A DNA stretch of 64,000 nucleotides from a phage. The stretch is taken from NCBI GenBank assembly GCA_027262695.1, contig GCA_027262695.1_4722.1, one strand, 5' to 3'. Below, in pieces: positions 49,192 through 58,463 of this stretch. Made by a program: the position numbers and the translations under genes. Each line of letters begins with the position of its first letter. Position 1 is the first letter of the stretch. The notes under the pieces are model-generated. The model searched no databases, was not told the origin of the DNA, and worked only from the letters and a program-made list of their open reading frames with translations.

Positions 49192-49914
49192 ACGCTGATA
49201 AAGCTGACACGACAGTGCGCGCGTAGGTACGTTATGCGCATTCAACCAGAGTTCGGTTTCGCTCTGTTTAACGTCGTCAGTAACCCATCGTGCCCTTAGC
49301 GCATCGTTACGGTGGACGTAATAAACACGTTCGTCGATGGTGAGCTCGTGAGTGTAGAACTGATAGAAACTATGGCATGCGGGAAGCGCCATATCGTCTA
49401 AATCGCCTACGTTCCATGCACTAACGATAATCCGCCGAGAATCAGGATCTTCTTTGAGTTGACGCATCACGTTTGCAATTTGGTCATGGTGTTTAACATA
49501 CAAGAGATGTTTGACCATACCGTCGTTAACAATACCGCAATACTCATAACCACGTTGCATCAAAGTACGGGTACGTTCTGTATCATGCGGAACAACCACT
49601 TTGTAGTCAATCCATTCTCGCCATTGTCTGCCGTAAATCGGTCCTAGATTCCCTTCCTTATCAGCCCACTCATTCCAGATGCGAACACCATTATCCTGAA
49701 GATAAGCAACGTTTGTGTCGCCGTTAAGAAACCAGAGCAGTTCGTGGATAACGCTCTTAAGGTGAATCTTCTTAGTGGTTACCAGCGGGAATCCTTTCTT
49801 CAAGTCAAAACGCATTTGACGCCCGAATACCGAACGGGTACCGGTACCTGTACGATCGGCCTTATCGCGACCGTTATCCATGATGTCTTGCAAAAGGTCC
49901 AAATACTGTTTCAT
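49192..49914 (-). CDS. thyA: thymidylate synthase, exon 1
   Basis: [38 protein letters not shown]... closely matches ThyA N-terminus; [14 protein letters not shown] and catalytic-Cys motif [11 protein letters not shown] present. Confidence 0.9.
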
Positions 49915-50187
49915 TTTAATCCTCTAAGTGTTTCAAGTAGTTCCTGAAATTTGTAACGATATTTAGGATCGCTTAACGTGCAGCAGCAACCATGTAACAC
50001 GTTATACGCGTAATCGGCTTGTAAACCACGAACCTTAGGATCCAATGATAGATTCAATGACGCACCATCAAAAATCCACGCTTCAATGTTCTTCTTGGAT
50101 TCCTTCGTTAACGTCGTTTTTCACCTCGTCGTAAAAGTAAATAGAGTTTTGTCGAGACGCCCTAATTACATACAACGTCGGTTATCC

Positions 50188-51069
50188 TCAGTAACAGTTA
50201 TAATGGGTTCCAAGCCGCTCCGGTTTTCTCAGAAGACTATCTTTAAGCGGTACGACGTCGATATCAACGTTTTCTGAATAATAACCATTAGAACTACCAT
50301 ACCAACGAATAACAACACATCCTTTTGCTGTACGAATATGGTAAAATGTCCATCGCGTACGTTTGCAAAAGTCGTCATCCTCGTCTCTTTCCTCGGTTCT
50401 TTCTTCAGCGCTAAGTATCTTCTCACCAATAATGTCGTTAAGATCGCCATCGATGTCTTCAAGGTACACTTTTTCACAGCAATCTTGCTTATGGCAGAAT
50501 TCAACAACGTTCCCATCGCCCCGATAGAAAAGAAGGGCAATGCTGTATTGTAGCTGTTCGGCCGTTAAGTCTGTCGCGCAATACAAACTTTGATCTTCGG
50601 TTATCACCAAGACATTGTTGATTACGTGTCCGGCAAGCGCTCCGATCTTATTTACCGTGATAATCGGACGAACCGGTTCAGGTTGAACGATAGGGATACG
50701 AACACAGCCAATTAAAGCCATCCGTCCTTTCTTTGGTCTAACCGCAAGGTAAGGTGATTTTCTTGGGTGGTTATGTAGTCGTATTTCTACCTCGTTGAAT
50801 TTAATCCCGTATATACCCAAAAACCGATCGAACAGTTTATGAAATTCCTCGGTTGCCTCTTGCAGTGTGATGTTATTTACTGTGAGTTTATGTCCCCTGA
50901 ACACCCGGGTTAAATCGATAACATCCAGTGTTTTGAAATATATTTCCGTAAGGGGATGACCCGTGTTTTCCAGGTAAGTAATTGTTCTTTGAACCACGAT
51001 TTTAGGTGGTGTGCCTTTAAAACGTTTCAGATATTTAACACGATAACGGGTATGATCCGATGTTAACAT
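50188..51069 (-). CDS. hypothetical protein
   Basis: Start set at ATG 51069 (AGGAGAGGAG RBS); ORF-track start lies in hairpin 51144-51164. Confidence 0.5.
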   Translation of the reverse strand: MLTSDHTRYRVKYLKRFKGTPPKIVVQRTITYLENTGHPLTEIYFKTLDVIDLTRVFRGHKLTVNNITLQEATEEFHKLFDRFLGIYGIKFNEVEIRLHNHPRKSPYLAVRPKKGRMALIGCVRIPIVQPEPVRPIITVNKIGALAGHVINNVLVITEDQSLYCATDLTAEQLQYSIALLFYRGDGNVVEFCHKQDCCEKVYLEDIDGDLNDIIGEKILSAEERTEERDEDDDFCKRTRWTFYHIRTAKGCVVIRWYGSSNGYYSENVDIDVVPLKDSLLRKPERLGTHYNCY

Positions 51070-51143
51070 TTTAATCTCCTCTCCTGGCTTCAGAGAATTC
51101 TTAAAATCCGTTAGTTTTGATAGATAGGGTAAGACGGCATAAA

Positions 51144-51164
51144 AGCCTCCCATTACGGGAGGCT
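51144..51164. promoter_or_regulatory. short GC-rich stem-loop preceded by GGCATAAA
   Basis: agcctcccattacgggaggct. Confidence 0.5.
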
Positions 51165-51176
51165 TCATTAATCAGC

Positions 51177-51725
51177 TTATTTCACAAGAACAGCGAATTC
51201 GAGAACGTAAATAGCTTCATCGTCCATCGGATTTGTTGTGGTATAACCAACGAAGCAATAGCCCATAACCGCGATAAACTCGCTAAGTTTATCGATGACT
51301 GATGCCCCGATACGATCGTCAACAGACAGACGACATTTACGGGTTATGTTTTGCCCGCGAGGAACACCAGCCAACACGGATAGAAAATGTACGATCCGGT
51401 TATTGGTTGTGAACTGTACGTAATCATCGTAGTGCTTAAGGTCTTTCATCGCAGACTCTACAGTCATCCGACGACCAGGTGACACATACTCAGAATAAGA
51501 ATAAGCTGCAATCGTGCGGCGGTCTTCAGTGAGGTAAGTATTCCCTTCGGGATGATAGCTCTCGATTGTTCCGTCTTCATAGGCGACGGTTACAACAGGT
51601 GCGCCGTACTCGTCGCGACCAAAATCAATTTTACATTTATTTGAAAGCGGTAGAACCGTACAAGGCTTTGCATTGTTCTCATCAGGGAGATCGTAACCAC
51701 TCATCATTTTCAAGAACATAGACAT
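51177..51725 (-). CDS. hypothetical protein, tandem paralog family member 3
   Basis: N-terminus MSMFLKMMSGYDLPDENNAKP... aligns with two upstream paralogs. Confidence 0.5.
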   Translation of the reverse strand: MSMFLKMMSGYDLPDENNAKPCTVLPLSNKCKIDFGRDEYGAPVVTVAYEDGTIESYHPEGNTYLTEDRRTIAAYSYSEYVSPGRRMTVESAMKDLKHYDDYVQFTTNNRIVHFLSVLAGVPRGQNITRKCRLSVDDRIGASVIDKLSEFIAVMGYCFVGYTTTNPMDDEAIYVLEFAVLVK

Positions 51726-51811
51726 AATAGAACCTCATGATAATAAATAATAGAAATGATAGATAGTACAACAAATTGAGGGGGTATTATCCCACCCCCT
51801 CGCAGGGATTA

Positions 51812-52345
51812 CTACTTAACGATCGCGATGATTTTTCCGCCAGCACCGGCGTAATATGCCGTTAACTTACCAGTAAACAACTCTTGTAAAAGACGATTTA
51901 CATGACTAACAAAGTTAGGATTGTCTGATTTTACAAACTCGATGTGGCGCGTTTGTTTTATATCACGATCGATTAAGCGGATTTCCAACAACGCATGAAT
52001 AAGGTTATCGTCAAGTTCACCGTTCGCATCCAGCACTCCCCCGTACGTCGTAGCACGGGCGTCTGCATACATACGGTCAACATCATCCTTCCCAAAACAA
52101 CTGGAATAGGTATACGTTGCGATGGTATTACCATTATCCATCACGTAAACGTTACCGCCTGGGTAATCGATAAATCGTTGAGACTTATCGCCGTGAGCTA
52201 CGAACTCCAACATCGGTTTACCCAACGAATTACGGTTGAATTCAATTGTGGTCAAGCGATCTGGTACCACATGCAACGTAAATGGTTTTGCATTGTTCCG
52301 ATCGCTAGTATCACAGTTACCCATTACTTTAATAACAACACTCAT
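51812..52345 (-). CDS. hypothetical protein, tandem paralog family member 2
   Basis: N-terminus MSVVIKVMGNCDTSDRNNAKPF... Confidence 0.5.
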   Translation of the reverse strand: MSVVIKVMGNCDTSDRNNAKPFTLHVVPDRLTTIEFNRNSLGKPMLEFVAHGDKSQRFIDYPGGNVYVMDNGNTIATYTYSSCFGKDDVDRMYADARATTYGGVLDANGELDDNLIHALLEIRLIDRDIKQTRHIEFVKSDNPNFVSHVNRLLQELFTGKLTAYYAGAGGKIIAIVK

Positions 52346-52417
52346 GTTTTATTCCTTAGTAGTCCTAGTAGTAGTAATGAAGGGGATTTAACCCTCCCCT
52401 TCAAGGGTTAACATGTA

Positions 52418-53017
52418 TCACCAAACCGATTGGTTATTTTCCACTGAAGGTAAAACAACAATATACATTACCGTTCTTTCGGTCGATGTATTTTCCGGTT
52501 CTGGATAAATAAACTTAATGTTGGGATAACCACAATCGCCGAACAGTTTTTTCAGCAATGGAGTTTGACTCTCCGTCACTTTAACTGGACCCACGCTATA
52601 TCTCGACAGACGGATATTAAACGCGCGAATTGGTTCATCTAAACATTTAGGAGGCGTATGTTTCAATGCTAGAAGCATATGTTCAATGTGTAGACATTTA
52701 ATATCCGCCGGTAAATTCTGGTATGAATCCAAGCCTTGGAGAAAATCAAGCGTCGCTTTACAATCTTCGGCGCTAAATTTTTCTTCGAACTCAAACTTAG
52801 ATACCGTCGTTTTACCATCGACAACATAAGTATTACCTGTCGGAGAAAACGATCTTTTTGTTTTATCATTCATGACAACGTTAATGAATGGATTCCCTGT
52901 AGGATCGCGACTGAATTCAATACAAGCTCCGTCGGGAACGGGATATAAATTGAAAGGACGATTAGCATCGGCAATTTCGTTAGAATGTCCGTTAATCATT
53001 TTCAAATAAATAGTCAT
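52418..53017 (-). CDS. hypothetical protein, tandem paralog family member 1
   Basis: N-terminus MTIYLKMINGHSNEIADANRPF... Confidence 0.5.
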   Translation of the reverse strand: MTIYLKMINGHSNEIADANRPFNLYPVPDGACIEFSRDPTGNPFINVVMNDKTKRSFSPTGNTYVVDGKTTVSKFEFEEKFSAEDCKATLDFLQGLDSYQNLPADIKCLHIEHMLLALKHTPPKCLDEPIRAFNIRLSRYSVGPVKVTESQTPLLKKLFGDCGYPNIKFIYPEPENTSTERTVMYIVVLPSVENNQSVW

Positions 53018-53098
53018 TTGATACCTCGGTAAATAAGTAGTTAAAGTAAGTAGTATTGAGGAATTTCACCTCATTAGATAATCTATTTTGGTAATGTT

Positions 53099-53410
53099 TT
53101 ACTGAAACAAGACATTAAATTCGACAAGATACCCATCGGATCTATCGCCACGATACCTGTTACAGAAAACGCCGAATTTCATCAAGAACTCACATAACTC
53201 TTCGGCTTTGTATAACGGAATACGATTTTCGTCGAGCAGAGGACACATATGGCTAACCCGCTCTGACGAATCAACGCAACACAAATAAAGAAGGAATCGA
53301 ACAATAGCTCGGTTCTTAGTGAAGCTCTCGAATTCACCCGCAGCTCTGAACTCATCGAGGAGCTTTGTCGTTTTCTTCAATCGTTCACGATCAAGCATGT
53401 TAACCTCCAT
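53099..53410 (-). CDS. hypothetical protein
   Basis: 103-aa ORF; GGAGGT RBS directly after hairpin 53421-53452. Confidence 0.5.
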   Translation of the reverse strand: MEVNMLDRERLKKTTKLLDEFRAAGEFESFTKNRAIVRFLLYLCCVDSSERVSHMCPLLDENRIPLYKAEELCEFLMKFGVFCNRYRGDRSDGYLVEFNVLFQ

Positions 53411-53420
53411 ACAAACATAA

Positions 53421-53452
53421 CCCTCCTCCTTCCCTTACGGGTTGGAGGAGGG
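53421..53452. promoter_or_regulatory. 32-bp GC-rich stem-loop, exact copy of 7263-7294
   Basis: ccctcctccttcccttacgggttggaggaggg; flanks also conserved (acataa before, tatgctgttat after). Confidence 0.65.
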
Positions 53453-53462
53453 GATTATGCTG

Positions 53463-53777
53463 TTATTCTGTTTTAGGTGACGAACCGTTCTTCTTGAAGT
53501 CGGATTCGTATTTCACATTAGAATCGAGAACCTCACGAACGGTTTTATCTGTACAACCGCGGGCGATATACGCGTTCAAATCGTCACGCAATTTACGCAT
53601 CGTTGTTTTATCCACATCAGAAACATCTGACTTGGTAAGACGGAATGCAATCGCATCACGAATTTTATTCAACGTTGCTGGATTATTACGCTGCTCTGCA
53701 AATACCGCTTTGATGAAGGTACCGCTGTCTTTCGAAGCAACGGCAGCATCAAGAATCTCAATATGCTTTTCAGACAT
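53463..53777 (-). CDS. hypothetical protein
   Basis: 104-aa ORF. Confidence 0.45.
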   Translation of the reverse strand: MSEKHIEILDAAVASKDSGTFIKAVFAEQRNNPATLNKIRDAIAFRLTKSDVSDVDKTTMRKLRDDLNAYIARGCTDKTVREVLDSNVKYESDFKKNGSSPKTE

Positions 53778-53828
53778 TTTCTTTCCTTTAATAAACGATC
53801 ATCGTCATATTCATTGTGCAGGATACCG

Positions 53829-55142
53829 TCACTTAGACACCGCCATGCTTCGCGCTAACGCAACGTCGTACGCATCCATGATTGCGTCGCCGATAGCAGT
53901 ATGACGAATCAACGGAATACCTACGTCTGGATACTCTTTGGTACCCATGATCGATACCGGTTTGTCCTGATAGGCTGCGATCATCGAACGAATGTCCTGA
54001 ACCTGGTTGTATCGGCAGATGGGTTTAAAGCCTGCTTTACGGAACCAATACTCTAATTGAGGCCAATCGGTTTCACCGCGGGCAAGATAATAGAAGGTAT
54101 CTTTACCGTAGTATTCTGTCATTTTGTCACGAATATTGTTAACGAACGCATTGACTTCAGCAATGGCTTCTTTATAGCCCATTACCTTACCATGCTGGAA
54201 ACAATAATCACGTGCTTCTTTCGGTGCTTTGGTTTGCCACCACTCTACCGTTGATTCGCTGATACGACCACCGTCAGCGATTTGACCGTGCACGTCAGGG
54301 AAGACATCAATACGCGGACCGTTAACGATGGATTCTGGATTAGCCAGATCGAAGAACACGATACCGATTTCTAACAACACCCCGTTCTTTTCCAGACTAA
54401 GGTTCTCAACATCCAAACAGAATGCAGGCTTCTCTACCGCTAATGGCTCGAATGAATGGTTGCTGGTATCCGACTCAGCTTCGAGTTCGGTGGCGTCCAG
54501 ATCGGTATCCGCAGGTTTCAGTTCTATTGCGGCATTATCGAGTCCCGATAACGAAAAATAGTCTTCGAAGAAATCAGGTACCGTCATACCACGCAAGTCG
54601 ATATCACAATCTTCCATCCATTGTTTAAACTGGCGCTCATCAACATGGATCGCTAAACGGCATGGTCTGGAACGATTATCCAACACTTCGTCGATCCAGA
54701 AGAAAGTGCGTATAAGTAAGTAAGGATTATGCTCCGCGATGATTTCTTGGCTAGCGTGAGCATCATACACCATTACCTGTATTATTTCCTTACGTGTGTT
54801 ATACGGATCAACCATCAATCGCCGCACGACTTCTCCCAGGTATTCCAGCGCACGTGTGTACACGGTAGATCCAACTTGTCCGTACGCGCTTATACCCGTC
54901 AATAGTTCCTTATAAGACGCGTCTGAAAGCGAAGACGATAGCACACGCGCCAGCTCGGCATTGTATATACTGCATGATTTCTTCGGGGCGATAGCATCAT
55001 GTAACGCTTCAATAAACGCTGGTCCATCAATATCAAACAACCATCCTTGGCGTCGGTGGGCGGTATATCGTAATAACGCACCGATAGCTGCCTGGGGTGG
55101 TGTATATTCTTTTTCGTTAATTTCAAACAGTAGTTCGCTCAT
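53829..55142 (-). CDS. protein with C-terminal DnaQ-like 3-prime-5-prime exonuclease (DEDDh) domain
   Basis: 437 aa; FCLDVENLSLE (DxE), later acidic motifs, and HTAIGDAIMDAYD (H-x4-D) in C-terminal half. Confidence 0.5.
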   Translation of the reverse strand: MSELLFEINEKEYTPPQAAIGALLRYTAHRRQGWLFDIDGPAFIEALHDAIAPKKSCSIYNAELARVLSSSLSDASYKELLTGISAYGQVGSTVYTRALEYLGEVVRRLMVDPYNTRKEIIQVMVYDAHASQEIIAEHNPYLLIRTFFWIDEVLDNRSRPCRLAIHVDERQFKQWMEDCDIDLRGMTVPDFFEDYFSLSGLDNAAIELKPADTDLDATELEAESDTSNHSFEPLAVEKPAFCLDVENLSLEKNGVLLEIGIVFFDLANPESIVNGPRIDVFPDVHGQIADGGRISESTVEWWQTKAPKEARDYCFQHGKVMGYKEAIAEVNAFVNNIRDKMTEYYGKDTFYYLARGETDWPQLEYWFRKAGFKPICRYNQVQDIRSMIAAYQDKPVSIMGTKEYPDVGIPLIRHTAIGDAIMDAYDVALARSMAVSK

Positions 55143-55158
55143 TTTAACACCTTTTTTG

Positions 55159-55494
55159 TTATTCTGGTTTATCTGCTGACAGACCGAGACCCGCCAGTAT
55201 TACGTAGTCGTACCACGCTTTTACTTTTGCTTTCGCGTCATCTAAACTGAATTCGGTGACGTAAGGAAATTCGCCGTTGACTTGGAAAGGCAGCTCGCAG
55301 GTGTAGCCGGTATGATCCTTCCAACCTTTCCATTCGATAATCAGAAGACCAAAAACAGTCTCAGCGGTAACATGATTGTAGCGGCACGCTTCGTTTGGCG
55401 GATATTCTTCCGACCAGGTAATCTCCTGCTGTGCTAAAAGCTGTTGTACGACCGCTAACGGTTGTTCCTCATTAAGTTCGATACTATCGATCAT
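55159..55494 (-). CDS. hypothetical protein
   Basis: 111-aa ORF. Confidence 0.45.
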   Translation of the reverse strand: MIDSIELNEEQPLAVVQQLLAQQEITWSEEYPPNEACRYNHVTAETVFGLLIIEWKGWKDHTGYTCELPFQVNGEFPYVTEFSLDDAKAKVKAWYDYVILAGLGLSADKPE

Positions 55495-56087
55495 CGGATA
55501 CCCTCTTTCTCTTTATCGTAATCACTGCAAACATTAACGAATGCGGTATTGCTGGATAGTGCGCTTACCATCTTACGGATTGCATCCAGCGGTTCAAGTT
55601 TAGGATCAATTAACGCACCGGTCAACACGCTGATTGCTCGTGCGATCTCAGCCAAATTAACATTTGGGTCTTTGTCGTCAATAATGAGCAAACTCTTTGC
55701 TGACTTCCGGCGACGCTTGACGATCAACAAGAACGTAATCAGGTTCTCACGCCACGCATCAGAATCCAGATTACGTATCAGGGTTAATGCCCGACGTTCT
55801 TCTGCCCAGGATGGTTTCTCACGGATCACCGGCATGTAAGCTAATTGTTCGGCAAGTCCTTTCAGACTGACGCGGTTGGTCCCACCAGGATGTTCGCTGA
55901 TCCTCAACATCTCGGTTAATATACGCACATATGCGGTTGTTGTTGATACGCCACGTAGCGGCAAGAACAAATTATGTCCTGGAACACCATCATGGCTCAA
56001 CGGTGCGATATAAGTCATGAACCAGCGAATATCATCGTCGGTTTGTTCTCCAACGACGAATGTAAACGCCTCACGTAAAACACTCAC
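55491..56087 (-). CDS. hypothetical protein
   Basis: 198-aa ORF. Confidence 0.5.
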   Translation of the reverse strand: MSVLREAFTFVVGEQTDDDIRWFMTYIAPLSHDGVPGHNLFLPLRGVSTTTAYVRILTEMLRISEHPGGTNRVSLKGLAEQLAYMPVIREKPSWAEERRALTLIRNLDSDAWRENLITFLLIVKRRRKSAKSLLIIDDKDPNVNLAEIARAISVLTGALIDPKLEPLDAIRKMVSALSSNTAFVNVCSDYDKEKEGIR

Positions 56088-56373
56088 GATGAAATCTCCT
56101 TAACGCTTCTTGTATACGTAATCTCTTCGGTAGGTACAGACGTTTGTACAAATCGATTAACAGATAACGCAACACTGACGCGACCACCAGGTACTCACCC
56201 TCGGATTCGGAATAGCGGATCATGTTAATCGGGTAATTCAAATAAGAATAAGAAAAGAGATCATCGTTAGTAAGGCGATGATCCTCAAGATACTGACGAA
56301 ATATGTTTGCTAAGGCATCGTACTCCATTCCGTAGTAACGCAACGACACCTGTCTTGCAGACAGTCGTTTCAT
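56071..56373 (-). CDS. hypothetical protein
   Basis: 100-aa ORF. Confidence 0.4.
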   Translation of the reverse strand: MKRLSARQVSLRYYGMEYDALANIFRQYLEDHRLTNDDLFSYSYLNYPINMIRYSESEGEYLVVASVLRYLLIDLYKRLYLPKRLRIQEALRRFHRECFT

Positions 56374-57212
56374 GCTGGGTTACCTTTTAGTTTTTCGCGT
56401 ATCGCTTCAACAACGCTTGAAGGATCAGTAATAATGGCCGCGATAAGATAATCGATAGGTATGTCAAGAATGATTTTCTTCAATTGAAAGGTCGTATCTT
56501 TACGACGTACACCGTAAAACACACCATCCTTAAACACGACTTCGTATGAAATTGGGAGCTGGCTAATGATGGTATTGGCGTAATCCCCTAACCACATCGA
56601 CCCCGCCATCAGGTGCGCACAAATTGCATGACTGATACGCACATCCTTGTTCTTCTGACTGACATCTTTGATTTTAGCCATGGAGACCAGAAGTTCACCA
56701 ACCTTATTCAGCATGTCGTCGTATACCCCGAAGAACTTAATCAACTGCCGTGTCCCTAACGACATATACGTCTCTCGAGGTAACACACAACACACCTGTG
56801 GTAACGTACCGACACCATAGACGCAACTGTGGGGTGATAACGGAAGCAGGTCAGCAACCGCATTTTTGATGTTGTTGTAAGCCGTGATATCGTTGAATGG
56901 CGAAAGACCTTTTGTCATCGGCTTATCGATCGCCACATCGAACTCAGCGAACGTCCATGCGGCTTTACGATGTTGACCCTTATGGTAAGGCGGAGCCAAT
57001 ACAGCAACAACACGAAGACGGTATTCATGGGTATCACGCAATGTGAGTTGAATGCCTTCATCATCCCCTTTACGTACAAGCAGATAACGACTCGCACAGC
57101 CATCACACACCACCGTGGGTTCATGTTGACCATACGCGGCAAGGATTGGTTTACTAAGATCTTTATCGCAGTGTTTACATCGATGATCTTGTTCCTGATA
57201 ACAGATTTTCAC
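56370..57212 (-). CDS. hypothetical protein with N-terminal Cys-rich zinc-finger-like motif
   Basis: 280 aa; CKHCDK...CDGC near N-terminus. Confidence 0.5.
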   Translation of the reverse strand: MKICYQEQDHRCKHCDKDLSKPILAAYGQHEPTVVCDGCASRYLLVRKGDDEGIQLTLRDTHEYRLRVVAVLAPPYHKGQHRKAAWTFAEFDVAIDKPMTKGLSPFNDITAYNNIKNAVADLLPLSPHSCVYGVGTLPQVCCVLPRETYMSLGTRQLIKFFGVYDDMLNKVGELLVSMAKIKDVSQKNKDVRISHAICAHLMAGSMWLGDYANTIISQLPISYEVVFKDGVFYGVRRKDTTFQLKKIILDIPIDYLIAAIITDPSSVVEAIREKLKGNPA

Positions 57213-57226
57213 GATTAACCCCTCTA

Positions 57227-58183
57227 TTAATGTAAAACACGATTTGCTGGAACTACAACGGCGTTATCCATTGACAGATTCGTTGCTTTACGATCTGGAC
57301 TGAATCGACGTGCGTTTTCTTCGTGATGGTTAACAGGGTTATCTTGTCCCATCAGTTCCTCTGCCTCACTGAACGAGAGTTCTCGAAATCCTTTCGGATA
57401 CAAGAACAGCGGCCCATCAACATCCAACCCTTCGACAAATCCATGCGATAACCAGACACTACCATCTGCACTGTAAAGAATCGGTTCGATATCGTAATCC
57501 AGAACGTACTGATACCAGTAGTTAAACAACTGAGCGATCCAACGGTTACGTAATAAGTAATCAATGACCACCGCGCTACGTACGCTATGACACCAGCCGA
57601 TCTTACCGTCAACTTTCTGTAGCAAGGTGCCGTCATTTGCTTGTTGGATAACCGCATTAAACAGCCACACGAGATCGGTTGCGAAGCTTGCTGCTTCTCG
57701 GATGTCAGGGATGTAACGCATGGGTATCGTCAGATGAGAACGGTATTTAGCCAATGCTTCTTCGCCGTTGTCCCCTTCGACGCAGAGAATACCATTTGCC
57801 GATAGATGGCCTTGATTCAACGACTGGGCGATGTAAAGCTCGCCAATTTCGTCAATATGTTCGACTGTCCCCAAGGTTAACTCGGACATAAAACGGTCGA
57901 GATCGATAGGCATCGTCGTGCTTGCAATAAACGGATTCATAGGTCGGTTCTTATCCGAGAAAACAATCGACCAAACAGCTTCAAATTTCTCATCGGTTGG
58001 AACAAACGAAACATGTCGTTCCTTACGTTTATTCACCACAGACATTTTCGATGCTTTCCAGCAACGCGTACAAACATAACCGGTGTCCTGCAATGGCGTA
58101 TCCGAAAACACATCGTAACGAATCGATGCAATTGAGATATCATACCCGCAATGAGGACAGGTGGTATCAATAAGCGTTTTCAT
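57227..58183 (-). CDS. hypothetical protein with N-terminal zinc-ribbon-like motif
   Basis: Start set at ATG 58183; CPHCGY...CTRC. Confidence 0.5.
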   Translation of the reverse strand: MKTLIDTTCPHCGYDISIASIRYDVFSDTPLQDTGYVCTRCWKASKMSVVNKRKERHVSFVPTDEKFEAVWSIVFSDKNRPMNPFIASTTMPIDLDRFMSELTLGTVEHIDEIGELYIAQSLNQGHLSANGILCVEGDNGEEALAKYRSHLTIPMRYIPDIREAASFATDLVWLFNAVIQQANDGTLLQKVDGKIGWCHSVRSAVVIDYLLRNRWIAQLFNYWYQYVLDYDIEPILYSADGSVWLSHGFVEGLDVDGPLFLYPKGFRELSFSEAEELMGQDNPVNHHEENARRFSPDRKATNLSMDNAVVVPANRVLH

Positions 58184-58187
58184 TTTG

Positions 58188-58448
58188 TTAAATTCCTTTT
58201 GATAAAAATACGTGGATGTCTGTAAGCTGTTCTTCGGGGATATCATCAGCTGCTGTTAGAACCTTGGGACCATGTTCGTTGAGGTAGGCTTCCCGCTGAA
58301 GCTGATGGAATCGATTGGCTTCTTGGAACTCGGTGTCCGTCATGTAAACCAACTTGTACTTCGAACGTTTATTCGGATTATATCTCTTATTACGTTTCTT
58401 TGGTTTCTTCGCCATAATAGCCTCGTGAAGGTGGATGGTACGCGCCAT
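58188..58448 (-). CDS. hypothetical small basic protein
   Basis: 86-aa ORF; KKPKKRNKRYNPNKRSK. Confidence 0.4.
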   Translation of the reverse strand: MARTIHLHEAIMAKKPKKRNKRYNPNKRSKYKLVYMTDTEFQEANRFHQLQREAYLNEHGPKVLTAADDIPEEQLTDIHVFLSKGI

Positions 58449-58463
58449 CCACCTTCCTCCATG

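Noticed and set aside
49216-49353. Intein or second intron within thyA exon 1
   Set aside because: The insert is in frame and only about 45 aa, far below intein size, with no splicing-block motifs; too short for a group I intron.
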